NCBI GenBank assembly: GCA_904063045.1
Contig: CAJFCJ010000007.1
Span: 4,285,404 to 4,349,403 of the forward strand
DNA: 64,000 bases
From: Dimorphilus gyrociliatus
Taxonomy: Eukaryota; Animalia; Annelida
Direction: 5' to 3'
Positions within the stretch are counted from its first letter, which is position 1, and each line of letters begins with the position of its first letter. The position numbers and the translations under genes are program-made. Below, piece by piece: positions 1 to 12,855 of the stretch. A model generated the notes under the pieces. It saw only the letters and a list, made by a program, of their open reading frames with translations, had not been told where the DNA came from and did not search any database.

Positions 1-2774
1 GTATTGCATGGAATAAGAGTAATTTTGTTCGTATTCGCTTTATCATTTAAAAGGTTTTAGATTGATTAATGTATACATTATTCAGGATCTTTTGGCTGTT
101 GGGTATGGTCAATTTGAATACACTAAGCAAAAACCCGGTCTTGTTTGCTGTTGGTCTTTAAAAAATCCTGAGGTTTTTATCACACATCTCTTGTCATTTT
201 CTACTTTAGTTTTGTTTTAAACGATTTAGTTTCCTGAGAGGATTTATTATTGCCACGAAGGAGTAACGGCTCTAGACTTTTCCAAGGCACACCCAAGTTA
301 TCTTGCCGTAAGTTTATTCAATATATTGTTTATGACCTAGTTTTTATTAATAATGGCATTAGGTTGGAATGTACGATGGCACAGTAGCAATATATAACGT
401 AAAATCAACTAGTAACGAAACAGTTTTGGATACCTTGTAAGTATATTTATTAACATTTATTCATTTAAAATTCAATATCTTTTTTTATAAAAAAAAAACA
501 TTTCATTTTTCTTTTATTATAAAAAAACTCCCTCAACAACTATCTCTTTTATTCTTTACTTTTTTTTTATTAAAAAAAAAACAAAATGTTAGAAAGGATA
601 TGAGAACGGTCGACACGTAAGTAAAAATAAAGTAGTAAAGTTTTTTATTATTATTATTATTAAATAACTTAGAGGTTGAGGTTTGCATGAGCACAGCAAA
701 AAATATTTAAAAATAAAATATTATAACTTTAATTGCTTTACAGTTTTCATATTAATATTTATAATTAATTTAATAATCAATCATGTGTATATGTGAAGAA
801 TATTTATATAATGGTAACCATAATTAGTATTTTTATCACCTAATTACTATTCATATTTATACTGTTTATATATATATATGTAGATATAGATATATATTTA
901 ATAACAATTCGGGTATAATGTTAACAACTAACTAATAGTGATTTTTTTCTTCGTTCTTCTGCCCCCTCCCCCTCCCTCTCCCCTAACCTAAAAAAATATC
1001 TGAAAAATCCTTTTCTCTCTCGTTCCCAAAAAAACAAACCCTTTACAGAATCTTAACAAAGAATAAAGCTCAGACGGTGTATGCACAAAATGTTCAATAG
1101 TTGTTTTATTGTCTTTAATATTATTCACACAAAAGTATACAGGCATGGTTCACTTGTTTTTTATTAAATTTTAACAATGAATGATTAACTGTTTATTATA
1201 CAAATAGGTGTTTTATGTTTAAAAAACAAACAAACAAACACACTTTTTTATTTATTAGTACTCTTAATGAATGTAGCGAATGCTTATACACTGGAATTTT
1301 TGATAATAAAAGTTGTTCGGTTCGCCTAATTTTTTTTATTTTTTATTATTTTATATTGTTAATTTGCATCATGACGATCTCTAAATAAAATTAAAGATAT
1401 GTAGATTAATTTCATTGTTACAGAGAATCGGCTGGTAAACACATTGCTCCTGTTTGGAGAGTAAATTGGGTAGAGAAGAATAGGGAACAAGATAACGAAA
1501 AATCTGAAGTTCTTGTTTCTATAGCCACTGATGGGCGAGTTATTCAATGGTCAATACGCAAAGGATTTGAAAGTTATGGTTGGTTGATAAATAGAATTTT
1601 GATGATAAGGAACCATTAACATTCCGATGGTTTTTTTTTTCCTGTTATTAGATTTGATGAAATTGAAAAGAATGCCTCAAAAGCCTATATGCCAAGGTTT
1701 AAGAAATAAAGAAAAAAGAACAGAAGCCTTTATATCCAAATTAGCCGGTGGATTATGCTTTGATTTTTGGCCTGTCGATACAAATATGTAAATATTTTCT
1801 TTAACGTATTTCTTATACATCAAATATAATATACAATAAATGAAACAGATATATAGCTGGAACTGAAGAAGGTTACATTCATAAATGTTCTTGTTCTTAC
1901 AATGAACAATTCCTGGAAACTTATACCGGCCATGCTGTAATTAATACTATCTAATGTAATTAAAAAAATAATAAAAGCTCCTTGATTTTTTGTTTTAGGG
2001 ACCAGTTTACAGAGTTAAATGGGCACCTCACCTTAAAGGTTGATAATCATAATTATTTTACTTCAGTTTTTAATTACGTTTATATAAATCACACTTTCCT
2101 CTCCCCCACAAAGATATCTTCATAAGTTGTAGCGCTGATTGGACAGTTAAATTATGGCACCAAGAGTATACATTCCCACTAATAAGTTGCCAATCTTCCA
2201 TGGTAAGATATTTTATTTCAATATTTCCAAATCAATTTTCCTGATAATCCGATTGGAAAATAAAATTTTCTTATAAATATACTTTAATTATTCTTTCCCT
2301 CTAGAACTCTATTCCGGATATTTGTTGGTCTCCTAAATGTTGTAGTGTATTTGCTTGTGTCAATGAAAGAGGCATAGAAATTTGGGATTTGGCCCAGAAT
2401 ACACTGGATCCTTGTATAAAAACTATACCAGTCGGAGAGGAGAAGTTTAGTTCTATTGTGTTTAGTAAAAATTCAGAGGTAAATATTCTTCAAAGAAAAA
2501 AACAGTTTGCGACACTTTTTTCCATTACTAATTGCTTTTGTACTCGTTTGTTTTTTTTACTTAACAGTGCGTTTTAGTTGGAGATAGCGAAGGAACAGTT
2601 TCTGTTCATCAACTGCAAAGTGTATATGAAAGTGATGAGGCGCAGCAAAAGACGTCATTTATGAAAGTTATCCACACCGCTCTTGAGACAAGTAAGCAAG
2701 ATCAGACAAGACAACAACAACAGCAACAACAACAACAACAGCAACAGGCTCAAAGTGAAACCGCGCCGGCTTGA
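1..2774 (+). CDS. DNAI4: Dynein axonemal intermediate chain 4 (WD repeat-containing protein 78), 3' part; 5' end lies outside the window
   Basis: Manual splicing of short GT-AG exons gives DLLAVGYGQFEYTKQKPGLVCCWSLKNPE/FPERIY..., KHIAPVWRVNW, VLVSIATDGRVIQWSIRKG, YIAGTEEGYIHKCSCSYNEQFLETYTGHAGPVYRVKW, FISCSADWTVKLW and CVLVGDSEGTVSV. These WD40 blades match WDR78. Stop TGA at 2772-2774. Confidence 0.9.
2712..2747 (+). repeat. (CAA/CAG)12 coding trinucleotide repeat, poly-Q12 at the DNAI4 C-terminus
   Basis: caa caa caa cag caa caa caa caa caa cag caa cag, in frame in the last DNAI4 exon. Confidence 0.95.
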
Positions 2775-2972
2775 AATGTTCGTTTACGATAAATAACTTT
2801 TTGATATTTCTATTAAATTTAATAGTATAAGTTGTATATTACATTTTGAGGTAATAAAAGTAAAATATTGAATTATTTACGGTGGTTTAAAGTGAAAACA
2901 GTCTTAACTTTAAAAAAAACTAGTTCTTACGGACGCCGTAACCAGATTACATGCGGAATATTTCGCTTAAAA

Positions 2973-5900
2973 ATGTCGCGGCCAAGATTTCCAGGCTGCC
3001 CTGATGCTCGTTTTGGTAGGGAACTAATCACATATACACATTGCGATCAAGCTACTGGTGATGTTAGTGAAGTAGAAGCTTTTGCAGAAAATATTCAAAA
3101 AGCAGTGCGAGAATTTTCTGCTTTATTTCACGAGGATGAAGGTGTAAGTAAAATTTCCTTAATAGTAAAACTCCAGCTTGTCTTTTATCTATCCTGCTCT
3201 TGCGTAATGCATAATTTTATCAAAACTATTCAGGGAGATGAAGCAGACTTCGAAGGTTTCACTTCCGCAGACTTAGAGGATGCTGAGTACAATTTAAAGC
3301 AAACTCAACCACTTGATTCTGATGAGGAATTTTCGTCTAAATCAAGCGAATCCGAATCTCATTCATCCGATTCTAATGCATCAACAACTCCTTCAAAAGT
3401 TAAACAAGACAATTTTCACATCAAAAGTGTGACATTTTCCACTGACAAATTAAAGTTATCTAAAAGAAGACGACACTCTGATAATTTAGACAAAAAACAT
3501 AGCGATAATGAAACAGATTCTCTCGTTGAACGTGAAAGAACAGTCTCAAATGAAAATAGACGGGAACGTCGTCCAAATTCTAAGTTTGTCGGTGGAGACT
3601 TTCTAAATAGTTCTATTTCAATTAAACGAAAAAATTTATTGAAAACTACAACTTCCCTCATTCGAAAGCTACCTTATAAATCCAAGACTGTAGCAAAATC
3701 GATTAAATATTCTAAAACGAAAAAGAACGTTAAAAATAAATCGCCAGGTAAGTTTATTCCCAAATAATAATTAATTCTTAATTCTAACTGGTGTGTGCCT
3801 GCAGGTAAAGAAATTAATCTTAGTCATCTTATTTGTTCCTGCTGCGGAGTGTCAATTTCTGCAAAAAAGAAAAACACATTCAAAGAGTCAACAACCTATT
3901 GTCTACAATGTAAAAATTTGTATGATAATGTACAGAAAGGATTAACCCAAGTTGAATGTCCTTATGCAAAGGAATGTAAAATTAGTGATCTGGAAAAATG
4001 CGACGCCTGCTGCTATCAACGTTTCTGTGAACTTTTGTCATTAAATAGCGATTTTACTTTGACTGTTCCATCAGAGGTTTTTATTAACAACTCTACTAAT
4101 TTCTGCTGTTTGCTTATAGTTAATAACATTTTTTTATAGGAAGAGAATAGTCAAACCAAGAATTCAATTAGCGAGGACACCGATAACAAAATTGATTCAA
4201 TTTCTCCTGATGTTCATATCGAAGCTATTTGTGAAGTTTGCAATTGGAAAACAATAGTTAAAGAATATCTTGGTGTTTCATCCTGTACAAAATGTCGAAA
4301 CTTGTTCAATTACAATAGAACCAACAGAAAGCAGAAATTATTTAGAAGAAACGTTAATTGTACAGGAAAGTGTGACATTCAACCTGTCAAATTTGGCGGT
4401 TGTAGGTATTGTTTGTCTCAGAAATGTTATAATATCTTTGAAGAGGGTCGAAAGGTGAAGCTCAGTATATTTCTATTTTTATTTCATTTTCTTATACAAA
4501 TAATTAAACTTCCAGAGAAGCAAATGCCAAGGAAAATTTATATTGGGTGAAAAGAGTACAACGCCTCATTTAGCAAACGTTGATTCTACTGCTTTAGAAA
4601 AAGATACTATGGTATTTATATATTAACTACTCATTTCAATGATTTATTCATTATTTTCGAAATAAAAAGGATAAGTCAATGGAAGAAAGTAGTGAGGACG
4701 AAGCTAGCGGTCAAAATGGTCCAAGAGTTAAGCACGTTTGTCGAAGTGCGTCTGTCGTATTTGGTTTACCATCAGCAAATTTTGAAGATGAAAACGAACC
4801 ACCTGCACCTCGCCTTAGCGCCTTACCAACAAACAAAAAACAACGTATTGCAAGGAAATTCTTAGCTCGTGATTCTGATTTAGAAGAACTAAACGTTGAC
4901 GATATGATAGGTGAAGTTGCAAACAGTAAAAAGAGTACTCCTACTCCTAATGCTACAAAAAAAACCAATCGATGCGGACGCTGTTCCAATTGTAAACGAA
5001 AAAATTGTGGAAATTGTCCTAATTGCAAGTTTGTATTACGATCAATCATATGACATTTATTTAGTACTTTACCTAATATTTTTTTTATCTAATTTTTAGG
5101 GAGCCTCTAAAACTAGGACGTGTTAAACTAGATTGTTTGTAAGTTTTACAAAAATAGTCTTATCGTAGATTTTTTCTTATCGATTAAATTTCTACGTGTA
5201 CAGGGAGAGAGTTTGTTTGGCAGTAATCGATAGTGAATCTGAATTGGGAAAGTTAAGGGGTCGAGAGTCTATTCGTCGCAAGCGATACAGAGCATTTGAA
5301 GAAGACTATGAATATAGTGAGTTATCAACTACCGACGATGATTCGGATAAGAATTGTATTTCCAATGAGGAAGAACAAGATGAGACTACTTCTCGAATAT
5401 CAAAAAGTAAGCATAGTCTTTGTCAGCCGTTGAAAAAATTGTATTATCGCTTAAATTTATCACCAATTCAGTTGATCAAAATGGAGAGAATTTGAAAATT
5501 AGGAATTTCTTTCGTACCAGCGATAGCGTGCCACCTGAAAGTCTGATGAAACGGAATCTTTCACCAGATAATATCGGAAGTCGAAATAATGCTACTACAA
5601 CGCGACTAGGAAGGCATATTAAGCCTAAAGCTCGCTATTCAGATTGCAATTTTTCTAGTATAACTGCTTCTTCAACTGAGAGAGCAGATACTAATGATAA
5701 AAAAGATAGAGATATTAAGAAAAATCAAAGGTTAAAATTGCTAAAATCCAGCAAACTGCCTAAGAAACCTGAAAAGCAAGAAAAGCCGTCTGCTCCACCT
5801 GTTCCAAAGGTATTTTAAAATGAACTTGGAGTTTAGAGTAAATGTTTGTCTTATTTCAGCAACCAAAAACGATTAAGAAAGTAGAAGAAAAAAAAGAAAA

Positions 5901-8900
5901 ACCAGGCAACAAAGAAAAGCCGAGAAGAATAAGGACAAAGAACGTAGTTTGCGAAGATAATTCAAAAGTTGACCCAAAATTGATCCCAAGATTGAAGTGG
6001 CCCCAATCCGCAGGGGAAGATTACATAAATTTGGATTTTAATGCAAATCTTTCCCTATCAGAATGCTGGGCAGAGGGATTTAGTGTAATAACAACTGCAA
6101 ATACTAAAATTCCATCAGTTCTGTGCTACCTATGTGGCTCCATTGGCAACCATAATTTGATATTTTGCAATGTATGCTGCGAACCGTTTCACTTTTTCTG
6201 TTTAGAAAAAGGTGAAAAACCCATAAAAGGTGCTTTGGACACGTGGATTTGCCGTAAATGCATCTACTGCAGGGCTTGCGGTGGTTCAAAAAAGTCGCAA
6301 GAATTAAAAAGATGTAAAATTTGTCAAGACGGTTATCATATTAATTGTGCAGGTCAAAATCATTTATCCTTCGGCCCTCAAAAGTCTTGGATATGTCGCC
6401 GCTGTGTTAAATGTAAAAATTGCGGTATCAAAAGACCATCCGGATCGTCTGGAAAGTGGTATAATGATTTTACAATGTGTCATAAGTGTTCAAAATCACT
6501 AAACCAAGGAAATTTTTGTCCTATTTGCAAACACTGCTATAGTGACAGTATTTTCGACACAAAAACAATACAATGCAGCAAATGCGATGTTTGGGTTCAT
6601 GCAAATTGCATGAATATTTCAGGTACATACCGTTTATAATTTATAGATAAGGTGTTTCACTGTTTCTTTTTTATATTATTAGATGATATTTATGAGATGA
6701 TGTCAAATCTTTCTGAGACTCAAGCATTTCGTTGTTCGAAATGCTGTCCAGATAAGGAACCTATTTGGCTTTTAGAATGTAATAATCAACTTCGTGGTGG
6801 GATGACTTCTATTCTGGAAAAGTTGAAGGAATTTGAAAATGTTTTAGAACCCTTGTCTCGTGATAGCTTGGTAGGTATTCAACCTTCTAAAAGCTGTAAA
6901 TATTTTACTAAAATATTCTTTGATGTTGTTTTAGGTTTTATGCACTGAAAGTAACTTAAATAAACATCGCTCTACGAAAGAAACCCATCCGTACACTTTT
7001 GATGATATAAGTGAAAAGATGATTAAAGAAGATTATAGCGTCGTAAGTAGTTTTATTAATATGTTTTTTTTTATATTTTGATACGCTTTTAAATGATTTC
7101 ATTCTAATGCAGGATTCATTTTGTGATGATATTGTAAGAATTATAAGATTTAATCAAAACAATTGTCGTAATCGAATGAACAAAGAACAGGACATAACAA
7201 ATTGCGTTGTTAAATTTTTAGAGGTTACTTTCATTTTTTGAAAATCACTTTAATTTAATTACTCATAATGAATGTTTTTTTTAGTTAATGAATGAAAATT
7301 TCCCTTGGTTTGACTCAAGAAAATGTAGATTTTGGGAATTTAGTCAAATTTTTCCGGAGTATGTTTAATGATATTCTTTTTATATAGTTTCAATTCTGTT
7401 GATACACTTCCTAATAATTCTGTTATTACTTGTTTTTTATTATATATAGCTGTATGCTACCAAATGCTTGTATGCCACCTAATGAAGATCACACATATGC
7501 ATCATGGATGAACGACAGTAGGGAGATATTTACAAAATCAAACAATAATTTTGATTTATGCGACGCATCAAATTTGGACATTTTAAATAAAAATGATTCG
7601 AGGAAATGCAGCTTTTGTCAAGTTGTCGGAGATTCTCCTGTTGAAAGTGCAGGTAGATTATTATACGCTGGACCTAATGATTGGGTACACGTAAACTGTG
7701 CCTTATGGAGCGCTGAAGTATACGAAAACAATGATGGACAAATATTCAAAATACAAACTGCCATTTGCAGAGGAAGTCAATTGGTAAGAAATAAACAGAG
7801 AATTCTATATTTTCAAGATAGATAACTAAATCGTTTTTTATTACTTTCTGAAGAAATGTCAAAAATGCAGTATCAGAGGCGCTACTGTTGGGTGTTGTAA
7901 GCCAGGATGTACCAGCAACTATCATTTTATGTGCGCTCGTAGTGTTGAATGTGTATTTCAAATTGATAAGAAGATGTTTTGCTCTAAGCATCGCAATTCA
8001 ATTAGTAATCAAGTAAGAATATTGTTATATATTTTATCAAGTTATTAAACTTCTTTTCTCTCTTTTTTCCTTCGTTCAATTAGATTTTATCTCTACAAGC
8101 ATTTCCAGTTCTGAGAAGAGTGTTTGTTAATTCTCAGAGTCGTAAGTCATACAAGTCTGTATTGCCAAACGAAGTGAAAGTTCTAGTTGGTTCATTGACT
8201 ATAAATAGCCTTGGCCATCTAATACCATTATCTGACAAACCTGACCATCTTCTTCCGAATGAATTTCTGTTGCAACGAAAATACTGGTCTTATAATTCAA
8301 TAAAAGAAAAGATAACGTACTCTCTAAGAGTACATTTGGTTCAACCAATAGATAGAATTGAAGTGAAGGAAACAAGAATAGTTCATGATGAAAATCATCC
8401 AGATTTCGATATTAACGTGTTAAGAGATTATGAAGAAAAAGGAATTCATATCAGTAATAAGAATTCAGAGAAGGAAAGAAAACTATTTCATTTAGATTTG
8501 GAAAAACCTGATTTCGATTATAGAAATTTAGCTCCAAAAACACTAAAGCTGTTAGGCTTTCCGACAAACGATAGTGATAATTTTAGTGTATCAAATAATC
8601 TCATAGATTTAACTAATGCTGATAATCAGGACGACCTACCTTCTTCCGATAATGATGGTGACTGCTATATTATTGTTAACAACGGAGCTGATGAAGCAGA
8701 TATTGCTTTAGAGTTTGAATCATATAGTCAAGATAACATAAGAATAATTAATGAAGACGAAAAGATAATTATACCACAAATTGATGGTGCTAATGATAAA
8801 ACAAATACTCAAGGGAAATATCCGAATATTAAAAATTGTTTTGTAAAAATTTTACGTCTTCCTGATGTAGCAGCAAATGAATATTTAAAAGGAAATTACA

Positions 8901-11133
8901 AGAAAAGTTCAAACGAAAAATTACATCCAGAGATTAAAGAGTGTTCAGTTAAACTTGTTCGAGTGACTGCTCAACAAATACGACAACTTTCCAGGCCAAA
9001 AAATCTCGTTGATTCTACGGAAAAGAGAGATTATTGGTATTGTTCAAAATGCTATGTTGTTTATAAAACGCAAAAAGCTCAGGATTCTCATCAAAAACGT
9101 TGTGCGTTCAAAGATAATGAAAAGGAAAAAAATTCTAACAAAGTTGATAAAAATGACACTGATACGGATGAGGAAGTGGATTTCTTTCAAAATGGTCCCA
9201 TGGATAACAGTAATAATGTTAAAAAAATGGATACTAATGGGTTAAATAACAAAGTGAAGCTTCCTAGTATCCATTGTTTTGGTAAAAATTCTGCTTCTAA
9301 TTTAACTTCAACAACCTCACAAAATTATCGTTTTCAAAATTTTACAATGGATCCGATTCACGAAAAGCTGAATAGTGAAAATTCTTTCAGTAGCAAACGA
9401 AAAATTAGTTGTAACGCTCAAAAGATTGTAGTTTGTAAAACATTAAATAATCAGCCAATGACGAAGCTAGATTTGTTTTTTCAATCAATATCTAATGATT
9501 TCATGTCCAATGTCAATAGTTTACCTACAGAGGAGGAAATTTCTAATTTGAGTGATGAACAATTAGTATCTACATACGATGCGGATGGTAGCTTATCCTC
9601 TTTTATTTTGAAAAAAGCGCAATGCCATAACTTAGATATTGATGTTAAAAAAATTCGGTCACTAATAGCCAATCAAATGAAGAAAATGGTTGAGATGAAA
9701 AAATTAATACCTCATTATAGAAATATTGCGTCGAATAATTCGTTGAAGAGAGGACCAACTATTATAAAATTAAACACACCAGGGCATGATCAGGTTGAAA
9801 GAGCAACGTTTGAAGTACAGGGAAAACGACGAAAAATATGTGATTTACCTAGTACTTCAATAGAGAAATCTCCTGATAAATCGTGTATATTGTTACATTC
9901 CGAAAGAAGAAAGCTTAGACTTCCGCCAGCAACTCAGGAAATAGATGTACCTAGTACAGATTTGCAAAATTTATACGGAAAAAATAGTCATGATAAGGTT
10001 AATTGCTATTCTTAAATATTTAATTGTTAGCTTTGATTAAATCTAACCTGTAAACTTATTTATAGAGTAAAGATCCTAATTTATTTTTCGAAATAAGAAG
10101 CGAGGGAAAAGTTTTAGTAGAGAGCAAAGCCGTCAAAGAAGCCTGGATGACTTTGTTTAAGAAAGTTGCCGAAGTTCGGTTAGATTCTAATTTACCTCAC
10201 TTATCATTTTCATCTTGTAAACCTACTTTATTTTCTGGATATGGTTTAAAATCTGTAACTTTTCTTACCGAACAATTGTTCGGCAACACTTTTTGTCGCC
10301 AATATACTTTTAAGACACGTAAAGTTTCTCCAGTGGATTTTGTTCCCGAATATTCTAATCCCTCAGGATGCTGCAGAGCCGAGCCTTACAGGGACAGAAA
10401 AGCAAAAGATATGTTCAATTTTTTACTTTCAAAACACCGAGTATTTCCGACAACTCACTTCTCAAACGATGCTCCCCATCATATGTTGCAGAAGAGTCAA
10501 ATTCGAGCAACTGCATCAAATTTACCGCTCGTTATGAGACTTAGACATCTGCCAGATATGGCTAAGCAAGCTGTAACGGTCCATAGATCTCCAATTCACG
10601 GTCGGGGGTTATTCTGTCTTAGAGACATTGAAATGGAGGAAATGATTATAGAATACGCAGGAGAATCTATCCGAGCAATCCTAGCCGATAAAAGAGAGAG
10701 GGAATACGAAAGAAAGGGAATAGGATGCTATATGTTCAGAGTTGATCATGATACCGTTATTGATGCAACTATGAGTGGTAATGCAGGTCGATTTATTAAT
10801 CATTCTTGTGAGGTGAGAAATTTCAATAGTTGCCCATAAATAATTTGAATTAAAAAAAAATTTCTTTCCTACAGCCTAATTGCTATTCAAAAATTATAAA
10901 AGACACAAATAATCAAAAACGCATTGTTATATTTGCACAAAAGAGGTTAGTTACCTTCGCGCAATTATATAATTTCGCAAGATAGACAGTTAATTTTCTA
11001 TAATCCTTTTTTCTTGCATTGTTACAGTTTGAAAAGAGGAGAAGAGCTAACTTACGACTACAAGTTTCCACTCGAAGATGTGAAAATTCCCTGTTTATGT
11101 GATGCCAAAAAATGTCGGAAATACTTGAATTAG
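2973..11133 (+). CDS. KMT2A: Histone-lysine N-methyltransferase trithorax/MLL1 (KMT2A/B orthologue), multi-exon
   Basis: ATG 2973 gives [10 protein letters not shown] (menin-binding-like motif), then an FEGF motif and GPRVKHVCR. It continues with a CXXC, PHD1-3 (ORF 5842), a bromo-like region, an extended PHD ([15 protein letters not shown]), FYRN, FYRC, a Win-like [11 protein letters not shown] ([10 protein letters not shown]...[15 protein letters not shown]) and post-SET ([26 protein letters not shown]). Stop at 11131-11133. Confidence 0.95.
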
Positions 11134-12223
11134 TCAAGAAGCTGATAAAAAAAAACATTTTTTTGGTGCTTTTCTATAAAAGTGCGATAAGAAAAAAATC
11201 TTTTCACTTCTTTGCCTTTGTTATTCTTTATCTATTTTTTCCGTTTTGTTTCTTTTATTCGGTTCTCTTAATTTTTTTTAAGTCACCCTCAATAAGAAAA
11301 AAGGACGTGTGTTGTGTTCACTTTGCCTATTTATATCAATGCTATCATATTCTGAAAATATGTTTTAAGTATACTTGAAAATGTACTTTTAGATAGGAAA
11401 AGGAAACTAATAATGATAAAAAAAATTATTAATACTTTTGTAATTAAATTTCGTTTTCTCAGTAAAACTTGACATTTTTTACAATTTTAATGAAACGTAA
11501 GTTGAAAAACAGTAATGCATGCAATACACAGGTATAAATTTAGTTTGAATTATTCGATTAATATTAACAATTATTTGTTATTTATTAAAAAGTTATTTAA
11601 TCCTTAGTCTAGTATTCCCATATTGATTTTTTTTCTTTAAAATGGGAGCACTAGGTTTAGAAAATCTAATTTATTAACAATAGCCTTTTCTTAATTACAA
11701 CTATTTACTTTGTTTTTTAAATTTGTTATATTTAACCAATATTTTAAAAAATTATGAAGAAATTTTCTATAATAGTATAACGAATAAAAGACAATAAAAT
11801 AGATGTAGGATCTATTATCATGTTTTTACTGAGCAATAAGCATACATTTATATACATATATAGATAGTTTATCAATATTTTAATATTGATAAAACTAGTG
11901 TAATTGTTATTGATTAATGAAAAATTTATGCTAAAATATATATGTGATATATTTTCAATTTGAGCCTATTATCCGCAAGTCGTAAATCTCAAATCTTTTA
12001 TCTATTTACAGTTATTTCTCTTAAAATAACTTGTTATAATAGTATGGTTCTTGTGCTTTACTAATTTTTCTGCAATATAATTTTATAATTGTTTTCGTCC
12101 TAAATGGAATAAAAAGCAACAAGTTAACAGTTGTTTATACTGTATATTGTATATATTTGTTATGAGAACGAAATTTATGTATTAATCAGGAGATAAGTAG
12201 GCCTCAGCACATGTTTCGATCTC

Positions 12224-12236
12224 GTTGCTAAGCAAT
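12224..12236 (+). promoter_or_regulatory. Candidate RFX X-box upstream of KIF17
   Basis: GTTGCTAAGCAAT is a near-palindromic match to GTNRCY-N(0-3)-RGYAAC. It lies just before a putative non-coding first exon (donor ag|gtaccc near 12258) of a ciliary kinesin. Confidence 0.4.
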
Positions 12237-12855
12237 ACTGTAAACAGGAAAAATTAGGTACCCCAATCCGTTCATTTTAGTTTTAGTGGCAGTTTCGACA
12301 GGAAAATTCTCTCGTCCGAATATTTTCTTTCCACAATGAGAGAAAGTGATATCTAATCCTGAAAGGAGGACAATTTTTCATGAAGAAATCAAATACAAAT
12401 TTTTAAAAGGATATTTTCAGGAGAATAATTCAATCAAAATCGGAAAAGAAATATTTATTAGTGAAATTTATAGCGATATATATAGAAAATATATATATAT
12501 ATATATATAATTCTAAGTGTATATATCAATATATATATATAGAATATAAAATCAAAAAAGAATCAATCGTTCATATCTATAACTTAAGTGAAAATTGGTA
12601 AGTTATAATGTTCTATTCAGAATGTTTTTACTTCTAGATTTACGTTGCAAAAAAAAGAAAAAAAACAAAAGAACAAAAAGAAAAAAGCCTTAAATTTTTA
12701 TGAACACATTAAAATCTACGTCTTTTTTCCTTCCTATCTGCTACATTTAAGATCTGCATTTACTTTTTGTTATCTTAAATCTTGAATGTTCCCTCCTTTA
12801 TTTATTAACTTTTCAACGACAAATATTCATTTAGGTATACTAATTGACTGCAAAG

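Noticed and set aside
2701-2760. Short tandem repeat resembling an array
   Set aside because: It is a coding CAA/CAG poly-Q tract with no spacers, so not CRISPR-like.
2868-2972. ORF-track N-terminal extension of trithorax
   Set aside because: It starts at a non-ATG codon. The ATG at 2973 yields the menin-binding-like MSRPRFPG start.
3144-3233. Apparent hydrophobic insertion ([20 protein letters not shown]) in trithorax
   Set aside because: It is a 90-bp in-frame, stop-free intron with gtaagt...cag ends.
4389-4400. KFGG inside the second NHR-like finger, suggesting a misplaced CXXC piece
   Set aside because: The surrounding Cys spacing fits the NR second finger, not CXXC, so it is most likely coincidence.
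11112-11378. Hydrophobic 88-aa ORF after trithorax
   Set aside because: It is a T-rich 3' UTR read in another frame, with a non-ATG start and low complexity.
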